From positions 1 to 64,000 of the IMG/VR virus record IMGVR_UViG_3300032163_000008: 64,000 nucleotides of DNA; one strand, given 5' to 3'. A program made the translations under genes and the position numbers. Shown piece by piece: positions 9,179 to 16,952 of the stretch. The notes under the pieces are model-generated. The model made no database searches. It was given only the letters and a program-made list of their open reading frames with translations, and was not told where the DNA came from. This DNA is from a virus. The number at the start of each line of letters is the position of its first letter. Position 1 is the stretch's first letter.

Positions 9179-9421
9179 AGCGTCTTAAGATGTAACTGGG
9201 TCCCTGATCAGAGTGGGGATCCAGATTACATCCAACCATAAATTTTATTGTATTTATTTTTTATTAAATAGATGGACCCTTTGAGTATTCCCAAAGCATC
9301 CACCCATGAAAATTAATGAACAGATTTTATTTTAAATAGTAGTGTCTCGAAGGGTCCTGGGACCACAAGTTTGCTGAGTCCGCATCCCTGTTATTTTCGA
9401 TTTTAATAAGTTTGTTTAGAA

Positions 9422-9601
9422 GTTTGTATGATCTTATTAAAAAGTTTTTCTAATCGATTTTTGCAAGAAGAAACGTTTGTTTTAGTTGAAGTTTGTTTAA
9501 CTATGTTTGTTTGTATGATCTTATTAAAAAGTTTTTCTAATCGATTTTTGCAAGAAGAAACGTTTGTTTTAGTTGAAGTTTGTTTAACTATGTTTGTTTG
9601 T
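9422..9601. repeat. exact tandem duplication, 87 bp period
   Basis: units start at 9428 and 9515 (atgatcttattaaaaag...tgtttgtttgt). Confidence 0.9.
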
Positions 9602-9631
9602 TTTTATTTATTAATAAGTTTATTAATGAGG

Positions 9632-9814
9632 TTTGTCAGAGTCGTTTGTCACTCGTGTTTGTTGGTCAAGTTTGCTGGGGACGTTTGTCTGGGTGAGTTT
9701 GCTAGAGGAGTTTGCTCTGTAGGTTTGTCGCAGGAGTTTGCTGCATTAAGTTTTGTTGGACACAGTTTGCCCAGGGAGTTTGCTAGAGGAGTTTGTCAAG
9801 CGGTTTGTTAAAGG
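9632..9814 (+). repeat. 13-bp periodic array 1 (KTTTGYY + variable 6 nt)
   Basis: TTTG at 9632, 9645, 9658, 9671, 9684, 9698, 9711, 9724, 9737, 9752, 9766, 9779, 9792, 9804. Confidence 0.9.
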
Positions 9815-9850
9815 ATGCGAGCGGGTTTGTGGCCCGCTCGCATTTTGTTT
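9815..9850. terminator. hairpin/terminator between array 1 and paralogue 2
   Basis: atgcgagcggg-tttgtgg-cccgctcgcat followed by a T-run on the + strand. Confidence 0.75.
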
Positions 9851-10130
9851 ATTCTTCGGTTTGGAACTTGTCCATTATCGCGGAATAGTCCTTACTTGCA
9901 CGCGCACTTGCTGGCTTGGCTCCAACTGCTTCCAGGAACTCTGGACTGAAGTTAGACCTGCCGATGTACTTGACTCCAGCGATCTTCTTACCGTTCTGGA
10001 TTACTGATCCGCCGATGATGCCATCTTTACGGATGAAGTAGAACCTGAATAGCTCGCCTTTATAAGTGCCACCCACTGGACGCGTGTAGTAAGCGTCCTT
10101 TCCATTTTCGGACTGCTTTACTACTGACAT
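9849..10130 (-). CDS. KOW/SH3-like small protein, paralogue 2
   Basis: GTGGAGG RBS before ATG 10130; near-identical to 11684-11980. Confidence 0.85.
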   Translation of the reverse strand: MSVVKQSENGKDAYYTRPVGGTYKGELFRFYFIRKDGIIGGSVIQNGKKIAGVKYIGRSNFSPEFLEAVGAKPASARASKDYSAIMDKFQTEE

Positions 10131-10400
10131 ATTATGCCTCCACATATATTTATTATAATTTATTTATTTTAATAAATATTAATTTAAATTTATTATATTA
10201 TTAAATTATTAAAATAATATAATATTAATATTTATATATATAGCTAGTGTCAAAAATTTATATACATTAAAAAATATCGATATATACGAAATATTTAATG
10301 TATATAAATATTATTATATAGGGACCAGGTTCGAGAATCCAACCATAAAATCTAATGAACATAAATTTAATTAAATAGCAGGGTCCCGCCTGGATCGGAG

Positions 10401-10424
10401 CCCGGGACGAAGTCCGGGGTGGTC
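10401..10424. repeat. 24-bp dispersed repeat, copy 1 (copy 2 at 12262-12285)
   Basis: cccgggacgaagtccggggtggtc identical at both sites. Confidence 0.85.
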
Positions 10425-10516
10425 GAAGACTCCTAGAATTAATTTAAAATATTTAATGTATTAAAATTTAGAATTATAGTACTACACATAACTACACATT
10501 AACGGGAGGAACCAAA

Positions 10517-10669
10517 ATGAGTAGAGAGCACTTAGAAGAGCAGTACAAGATCAAGTTAAGGATTCTCGAACAACTGAGGGTATTCGTGAATGCAGAGGAT
10601 GATCTAGTAAAGTTGGCACGGATCGAACAAGAAATCAATTCGTACATAGGGGGGAAGCACAATGGATGA
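10517..10669 (+). CDS. 50 aa hypothetical protein
   Basis: promoter motif at 10454, GGGAGG RBS; MSREHLEEQYK... Confidence 0.65.
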   Translation: MSREHLEEQYKIKLRILEQLRVFVNAEDDLVKLARIEQEINSYIGGKHNG

Positions 10670-10817
10670 TGATGTAATAAAGATCGTAGAAGAAGCTCAC
10701 AGGGAGTGGGAGCAGTTCAGTAAGGAATATGATCGCAACATAAAACCTAACATTACGGTACCATTCGTAATGGATTTCGGTACAATAGCGATCGAGTTAG
10801 AGTATTCGAGGAGTTAA
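10662..10817 (+). CDS. 51 aa hypothetical protein
   Basis: overlaps upstream stop; MDDDVIKIVEE... Confidence 0.55.
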   Translation: MDDDVIKIVEEAHREWEQFSKEYDRNIKPNITVPFVMDFGTIAIELEYSRS

Positions 10818-10892
10818 GTAAGGAAAAGATAGAGTATAGTAGTAGGCATACAACCGTATTAGGAATAACAAAGTACTAATACGTCACCTCAT

Positions 10893-10949
10893 GATCGGTA
10901 GGAGGTTCCCTCCCTCCCCATTCCTCCTACCGATCTTCTTTCTTTCCTT
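10893..10949 (+). terminator. intrinsic terminator with C-rich loop
   Basis: gatcggtaggagg...cctcctaccgatc followed by a T-rich tail. Confidence 0.7.
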
Positions 10950-10982
10950 ACATAGTATTATATAATTACGGAGGCGATACAA

Positions 10983-11144
10983 ATGAAAGATTACTTTAAG
11001 TGGCTGTTCGAGGATGCGATACCAAAGATGATGATCTTCTTGGGTAACACGCTCGTGTATATCATCAAATTAATATTCGCGTTCGCGATCGGGTGGATGA
11101 TAGGAGCTGTTCTCTTTGGAGGTAACCATGATCAAGAGAATTGA
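10983..11144 (+). CDS. 53 aa membrane protein
   Basis: GGAGG RBS, TATAATTA at 10961; hydrophobic core. Confidence 0.6.
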   Translation: MKDYFKWLFEDAIPKMMIFLGNTLVYIIKLIFAFAIGWMIGAVLFGGNHDQEN

Positions 11145-11301
11145 GTCGGCTGTCGAGAACTACTTGCGAGCGAAAAGAGAGAATCCTAACTTCAAGCAGT
11201 ATCGTCCTAGCGTTCAACTCACTGCAAAGGACAAAGCTCAGAAGAGGAACAACGCAAAACAGATCTTCCGCAAAGAATTAGAGGAAGAATGGCACGCTTA
11301 A
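11128..11301 (+). CDS. basic hypothetical protein
   Basis: GGAGGT RBS before ATG 11128. Confidence 0.65.
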   Translation: MIKRIESAVENYLRAKRENPNFKQYRPSVQLTAKDKAQKRNNAKQIFRKELEEEWHA

Positions 11302-11390
11302 CCGGGAATTTTCCCCTGGATGAAGTTTGTTTGCTATAGTTGATAGTACAGATCGAAGTTTGCTATCAAAATCGTTTCTAGGTGATGGGT

Positions 11391-11648
11391 TTTGTCAGGT
11401 GTTTGCCTGAGATTTTGTTTCTCTGGGATTTTGCTATGAAATTTGTCATAGGAGTTTGTTGATCACTTTTGTCAGACTGTTTTGTCAGGTGAGTTTGTTA
11501 GATTATTTTGTCAGGTCAGTTTGTTGGACTATTTTGCTTATCGGGTTTGTTCGGGTGGTTTGTAAAACTCTTTTGCCACTGAGGTTTGTGGGATCAGTTT
11601 GTCCAGAGAGTTTGCTTGGGGGTTTGCTAGAGGAGTTTGTTAAAAAAC
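11391..11648 (+). repeat. 13-bp periodic array 2 (KTTTGYY + variable 6 nt)
   Basis: TTTG every 13 bp at 11442, 11455, 11468, 11481, 11494, 11507, 11520, 11533, 11546, 11559, 11572, 11585, 11598, 11611, then 11623 and 11636; looser units from 11391. Confidence 0.92.
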
Positions 11649-11649
11649 T

Positions 11650-11690
11650 GGGGACAAGTTTGTTAGACTTGTCCCCTTTGTTTTTATTCT
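11650..11690. terminator. bidirectional hairpin/terminator between array 2 and paralogue 3
   Basis: ggggacaagt-ttgttag-acttgtcccc, preceded by an A-run and followed by a T-run. Confidence 0.75.
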
Positions 11691-11980
11691 ATTTCTTCAG
11701 CAGGTTTCTCGAACTTGCTTAAGATATCGTCGTAAGACTTTGTACTACGTGCAGTTGCTGGCTTGGCTCCGACAGCTTTTAGAAATTCTTCAGAGAAGTT
11801 CGATCTTCCGATGTACTTGACTCCTGGTAACTTCTTACCATCTTGTATAACCGACCCACCGATAATCCCATCCTTGCGGATGAAGTAGAATCTGAATAGA
11901 TCACCTTTATACGTACCACCCTCTGGCCGCGTGTAGTACGCGTCCTTTCCGTTCTCGGACTGCGTTACTACTTCACTCAT
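11684..11980 (-). CDS. KOW/SH3-like small protein, paralogue 3
   Basis: GTGGAGG RBS before ATG 11980; near-identical to paralogue 2. Confidence 0.85.
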   Translation of the reverse strand: MSEVVTQSENGKDAYYTRPEGGTYKGDLFRFYFIRKDGIIGGSVIQDGKKLPGVKYIGRSNFSEEFLKAVGAKPATARSTKSYDDILSKFEKPAEEIE

Positions 11981-12631
11981 GTTATGCCTCCACATATTTA
12001 TTATAATTTACTTATTATTAAATATTTAATTTAGATTTATTATATAATTAAATTATTAAAATTATATAATATTAAATATTTATAAATATATCTAGGAAGT
12101 GACAAATCAATACATTACAAAATATGAGTCAATTAACTTGAGACATATTGATTATTTATAATGTATTGATATTATTATAAATAGAGAGTCCACCCATAGA
12201 GTCCAATGTATAGAATTGAAATCATATAGGGGATTCATATACCCCAAAAAGTGGTTACGTGCCCGGGACGAAGTCCGGGGTGGTCACGTAGTGACTAAGG
12301 TCAACGGGTAATCACATATACCCCAAAAAATGGGTATATGTCGGGTCGAAGGAAAAAAGTAGCGATGGCGTACCGGGTGGTCGCGTAGCGACTCCTGGAT
12401 CGGTGACAATTAAGATATGAACACAAAGAAAGGAAAGGTGGTGATGGTATAGGTGAGAGAATTTGAAGAAGAGTCTACGTTCTACAACGGCGTAGCTTAA
12501 GTCAGCATAGTAGCCCTGCTACTACATCATGAAGTGCTGATAGTCAGAAACAGTAAAGTACAATTTCCAATATAATATAGAGGTACATGCAGAACTCCAG
12601 GGTTCCGCTAAAATCATTACAGGGAGACACC

Positions 12632-13693
12632 ATGCAAAACAGAGTGTTAGCGCTTGAAGAGGTTATATGGGAAATTACCAGTAAGTGCAACAATGGGTGC
12701 AGTTACTGTGGAAGTGCTGCGTATTTGAATCAAGCAGAAGATGATACATGGAAGAGGATCATTGAGAACATCATTGCTATGAAGACCATTAAAGAGGTTA
12801 ACATAAGTGGTGGTGATCCTCTACTAGTAGACATGGACACCCATTACACAATCACAGCAATGCTCAAACAAGAGGGCATCAAAGCAAAGATCATAATCAA
12901 TCCAATTAGCTTGCAGACAACCCAGAATGTTGATGCAGAGGAAATCCTTCGCATGTACGACTGGATAGGAGTAAGTGTAAATAATATCAGGGAGTATAAC
13001 AATTACAAGGTCTATCTAAAAGACTTTGAGAACGTCACACTGATAACAAATATCAATGTTAGCAACTACCACATGCTGGATGCAATCGCAGCAGAACTAC
13101 CCAAAGACAGGATCTGGACCATACAGTTCACAATAGCTGATAATAACAATGCTATCTACAGAGATGAGAGCTTGGCGGCACTGGTAAGGGTAAAGCTACA
13201 TGCAGCTATAACAAATGGACTGAAGATAGTATTTGGAGACAATTGCAATAAGGCTTTGTGTGGAGCAGGTTCAAGAAGTGTGGGTATAACTTTTGACGGA
13301 GTAGTACTTCCATGTTTGAGTATGAGGAGTTGGTGGACAGAAGACGAAATACATTTGTGGAGCATGGATGAAAGTCACAGTCTAAATCATAGAGCACTCT
13401 CAAGTATTTGGAGAGATAGCTTTGATGGCTATAGGTTTGAAGAATTTAAGTGTTGTAAAGATGCGTGTGATAATAGGATACTAGAGGTTCAACCTGCCTT
13501 TATCAAAAGAGATATAGGAGAAAGAACTGGACCGTATGCACCAGTAGATTGGCCAGAGCCTAATTGGCCTCCAAGGAACAATCAGGTAATGATGTATGGA
13601 GTAACAACGGGTCCGGTAATGGTATACGGAGTAAAGGATAGTTGGAGTTCAGGGGTATCTTACACAGGAGCGACAGGAGAACCACCACAGTGA
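12632..13693 (+). CDS. radical SAM enzyme, splicease (PlpX)-like, with C-terminal XYG repeats
   Basis: VIWEITSKCNNGCSYCGS (CxxxCxxC), SGGDPL, CGAG..GITFDG..LPC auxiliary-cluster motif; tail VMMYGV..VMVYGV. Confidence 0.85.
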   Translation: MQNRVLALEEVIWEITSKCNNGCSYCGSAAYLNQAEDDTWKRIIENIIAMKTIKEVNISGGDPLLVDMDTHYTITAMLKQEGIKAKIIINPISLQTTQNVDAEEILRMYDWIGVSVNNIREYNNYKVYLKDFENVTLITNINVSNYHMLDAIAAELPKDRIWTIQFTIADNNNAIYRDESLAALVRVKLHAAITNGLKIVFGDNCNKALCGAGSRSVGITFDGVVLPCLSMRSWWTEDEIHLWSMDESHSLNHRALSSIWRDSFDGYRFEEFKCCKDACDNRILEVQPAFIKRDIGERTGPYAPVDWPEPNWPPRNNQVMMYGVTTGPVMVYGVKDSWSSGVSYTGATGEPPQ

Positions 13694-13941
13694 TATTAAG
13701 TGTTAAACAGAAGAGAGTGTTAAAAGAAAGAGTAGCAGAGAAGTTCCCTAATGCGGAACTGCTACGTATAAGATCGGTACAGAAAGCATATACTGATAGT
13801 AAGGTAAAGATAATCCTGCTTGAAGCAGGTAAGGAACAGACACATTACTTAGACTTAGCTTATCTCAGAGATGAGAAGGGTAATGGTGTACTGAAGAAAA
13901 AAGGAGGCAGAGATGTCAACACTAGCAGTAGAAGTATGTAG
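13690..13941 (+). CDS. basic hypothetical protein
   Basis: GTGA coupling to the radical SAM stop; AGGAG RBS. Confidence 0.6.
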   Translation: MILSVKQKRVLKERVAEKFPNAELLRIRSVQKAYTDSKVKIILLEAGKEQTHYLDLAYLRDEKGNGVLKKKGGRDVNTSSRSM

Positions 13942-15013
13942 CGTAGATAAGATAGAGCCGATTGAGAAAGCAGATAGCTTAGAGCTTCTGTACGTCAAGG
14001 GTTGGTGCTGTGTAGCACAGAAAGATGCCTTCAAAGTAGGAGATCTGTGCGTGTACTTTCCAATAGACAGCATCCTCACAGAAGAACTAGAGAACCGTAT
14101 CTTCGGGCTTGAGTCTAAGATCAGACTAGAGAAGCATCGCATTAGAACAATAAAGCTTCGTGGACAGATCAGCCAAGGGCTGGTAACTAAGTTTGATACA
14201 CTGGGCATTACTCCAAGAAAGCTTGGAGACGACCTTACTAAAGAACTTGGTGTAACTAAGCATGAGCCACCCCTAAGAACAGGACCTCAGTCTAACATCA
14301 AGCAGGCATCAAAGAAGCAGGTTAATCCTCTATTCCGTAAGTACACAGACATAGAGAACTTCAAGAACCATGTCACGGTATTTGAAGAAGGTGAGCAGGT
14401 ATCAATAACTGAGAAGGTACATGGTAGTAATGTCAGATTCGCATATCTGCCAACTGCTCCATCTACACTGTGGAAGAAGATACTGAAGTTCATTGGGATG
14501 CTGCCAGCATACGAAATATGCATAGGTAGTCATAACGTACAACTCCAGGATAAAGGTAAGAACACAAAGACCTTTCACGGTGGTAACATCTATAGAGAGA
14601 TGTTCGACAAATACGAGATAGAGCAGTACCTGGCTCCGGGCTGGGCATTCTATGGAGAAGTCTATGGAAGCTCTGTACAGGGCGGGTATATGTATGGATG
14701 CAAAGAAGGTGAGCGTAAACTCTGCTTATTCGATATTATGGTAGATGGGGTGTGGATGGATGCTCCTGACTTTCAGGTATTCTGTAGAACTCATGGACTA
14801 CCAATGGTACCAGAACTCTATAGAGGACCTTTCAATGCTGAAGCTGCTAAAGCTCTGACTGCTGGTAACTCAGTAATAGCTCCTACACAGAAGGTCAGAG
14901 AAGGCGTGGTCATTAAACCTTTGAAGGAAGAACACTGCCGTATAGGGCGTAAGGTGCTAAAGCTGATCAGTGATGAGTATCTCCTAGTAAAGGGGAATAC
15001 AGATTTCCACTAA
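13913..15013 (+). CDS. RNA ligase, DRB0094/Rnl2-like
   Basis: N-terminal IEPIEKADSLE..GDLCVYFPIDS, motif I TEKVHGSN, FYGEVYG, LFDI, REGVVIKP, LKLIS. Confidence 0.9.
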   Translation: MSTLAVEVCSVDKIEPIEKADSLELLYVKGWCCVAQKDAFKVGDLCVYFPIDSILTEELENRIFGLESKIRLEKHRIRTIKLRGQISQGLVTKFDTLGITPRKLGDDLTKELGVTKHEPPLRTGPQSNIKQASKKQVNPLFRKYTDIENFKNHVTVFEEGEQVSITEKVHGSNVRFAYLPTAPSTLWKKILKFIGMLPAYEICIGSHNVQLQDKGKNTKTFHGGNIYREMFDKYEIEQYLAPGWAFYGEVYGSSVQGGYMYGCKEGERKLCLFDIMVDGVWMDAPDFQVFCRTHGLPMVPELYRGPFNAEAAKALTAGNSVIAPTQKVREGVVIKPLKEEHCRIGRKVLKLISDEYLLVKGNTDFH

Positions 15014-15189
15014 GCCCAACTATAACGGTCCTCACAGTGACTTCCATGACAAGTTCTGGGCTAACTACATATATAGGTCTACCTTTGGTCAGCATGTAGC
15101 AGTGAGTTCAGAAGCTGTATACATAGGTAGAGCAATTAGTGTAGCGCTCGCTGATAATTATGATAGCCAAGGAAAGCAGGAGGACGAAT

Positions 15190-15471
15190 ATGTTAGTAAT
15201 AGATAAGCACGCGTATGGGAATCATTGTGGGGATGTAATCAACACAGAAGATGATGTATTGGTAGAAGATATCGACGTAGATATGATGGTAATCTTCACA
15301 CCAGGAAATGTGACTGCAAAGGGTCTAGTAAAGATCCATGGTATTACGTGTCACACATTTACACTTGAAGAGCACAGTGAGGCAGTACTTAAGACATTGC
15401 GCACTAAAGTAGCACCAGTAGTACCTACAGGTAGTATTCTTGCTTGCAACGACAAACAGATAGTAGTATAG
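15190..15471 (+). CDS. hypothetical protein
   Basis: AGGAGG RBS before ATG 15190. Confidence 0.65.
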   Translation: MLVIDKHAYGNHCGDVINTEDDVLVEDIDVDMMVIFTPGNVTAKGLVKIHGITCHTFTLEEHSEAVLKTLRTKVAPVVPTGSILACNDKQIVV

Positions 15472-15472
15472 T

Positions 15473-15661
15473 ATGTGGGTTCCAGTAGAAGAGAGATTGC
15501 CAGTACAGACGGGATACTACAACTGTAAGTGTATCCTAGAAGATAGCGATCCTCTTCCTGAGCCCCGTTCCGCGATAGAAACAATCCTCAGCATTTACTT
15601 TGCTAATGGGTCTTTCGCGTACAACCCAGACACAACAACAATCATAGCCTGGCAGGAATAG
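15473..15661 (+). CDS. DUF551-like small phage protein
   Basis: WVPVEERLP start, IIAWQE end. Confidence 0.7.
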   Translation: MWVPVEERLPVQTGYYNCKCILEDSDPLPEPRSAIETILSIYFANGSFAYNPDTTTIIAWQE

Positions 15662-16255
15662 ATGGCTTCATTCGGTATAGGTGGGATGTTCACTAGTGTT
15701 ACTAAAGGGGTAGCGGCTAATCCCATATATCATGAAGGCGAGGGTCCTGGAGCAGGTAGGTCTCTTCCAGAGTTCCACTTGGGTCAAAATGTGTACAACT
15801 GGATAAGAGCCACCCAAGGTGCTCCATTCGTGTTGGAGTTTAGGAAGCGTAGTGATGGGGTCATTAAGGCTATTAGGTGTAAGTCACTACTGCATCAAGG
15901 TCTCTCAGGACATGGTAGAAGGTATAACGCAGCTGCTAAGAACCTTATAACTGTATTTGATATTGGTGCTGGTGGATGGAGATCTATACCTATAGAAGGC
16001 ATCATCTATATGTCAATGCGAGGTGAACACTTGCCTTTCGTAGATCCTAACGCTCCTGTGCATACGTTGGATGCTGAAGAAGAGAGGTATAAGACAGGGG
16101 ACATACTAACACAAGAAGAGAAAGACTTCTTCGCAGCTGGGATCGATTATGGAGAGGCTGATGACGTAGGTGAGATAGACTTCGCTGACAGTGCACAAGT
16201 AAGTGACCTTAGTGAGTACAAAGGCATAAAGAACTTTAACTCTCCCTTCCTATAG
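15662..16255 (+). CDS. WYL-like/DUF2693 SH3-barrel protein with acidic tail
   Basis: FVLEFRKRSDG..ITVFDIGAGGWRSIPIEGI. Confidence 0.6.
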   Translation: MASFGIGGMFTSVTKGVAANPIYHEGEGPGAGRSLPEFHLGQNVYNWIRATQGAPFVLEFRKRSDGVIKAIRCKSLLHQGLSGHGRRYNAAAKNLITVFDIGAGGWRSIPIEGIIYMSMRGEHLPFVDPNAPVHTLDAEEERYKTGDILTQEEKDFFAAGIDYGEADDVGEIDFADSAQVSDLSEYKGIKNFNSPFL

Positions 16256-16952
16256 AGGCTGCACCCAGCTCAAATCGAGGTCGCCATTTAGGGGGGCTGT
16301 AATGAGGTCGGGAACTGGGCATGATTACGTAGGCTGTAAGAAACACGTCTTATAATAACCCAGTCTTACGATTAAATGTCGATTAAATTGTCTGTGTTAT
16401 ATTTGTAGCAGTATTCCACCCCCGTATAAACCCCCCAGTAATCCTCAGTGGTTCTACAATGAGTGCCATCACTATTCCCTACCGATTAAATTGTCTGTGT
16501 CTTATATCCTATTGTCTTTGTATGAGTATTGATTGTGGCCTTGGTATGCATTGCACCTCTGTGTATGATGAGCGTTGGTTAGGATGAGGGTAATGATACA
16601 TGAGTTAGACATTCGTGGTGTACGAGCCTCCAGGTCGAGAAAACCCCTTTTCCACCCTATAGGAGTTTTAAGTAGGAGCTTTTTCACGCAGAAAAATTTT
16701 CACCAAATCTGTTTGCCGGTCGAGGGTCCAGTTAATGAGTGTCATAGTGTGGTGTTTACGCTAAAAAACCTAGGAACCCCACTTAATCCCAGGGAAAAAC
16801 GGCCGCAGAAAATTTTAGGTTAAAACGGTTTTGGAGTTAAAACGGCTGACGACGCCCTGCGTTAATTCCATCTTTGTAGTCTTTCAGCGGCCAATTGGGG
16901 TTGCTGTGTCGTGCATGGTCTTACCACTTTTAGCATGCACTGTGTTCTAGCA

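Larger units (their letters stand above)
3071..12229. promoter_or_regulatory. repeated early promoter-like motif TAATGWAY-N13-WATAG
   Basis: + strand copies start at 3071, 3735, 5163, 5755, 6524, 7533, 8520, 9246, 9314, 10296, 10353, 10454, 12159, 12204; - strand copies at 10269 and 12117; offset to the (W)ATAG box is 21 nt (20 at 3735); most precede an RBS and gene. Confidence 0.8.

Noticed and set aside
9428-9811. 127 aa ORF on the + strand
   Set aside because: Product of the 87-bp duplication and GTTTG array (FV/VC/FA runs); no RBS
9632-11648. CRISPR or TIGR array interpretation of the periodic repeats
   Set aside because: Unit is 13 bp with a 5-7 nt core; no 23-50 bp repeats, no 36-nt dual-repeat unit, and no cas or Nop-domain gene seen
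11456-11722. 88 aa ORF on the + strand
   Set aside because: Translation of array 2; a 13-bp period is not codon-compatible; TTG start
12485-12550. Possible tRNA (cggcgtagcttaagtc...)
   Set aside because: No T-loop GTTCRA and no acceptor stem; no tRNA recognised anywhere in the window
16502-16823. Short ORFs in the convergent intergenic block
   Set aside because: Overlapping opposite-strand ORFs with no convincing RBS, in repeat- and homopolymer-rich DNA
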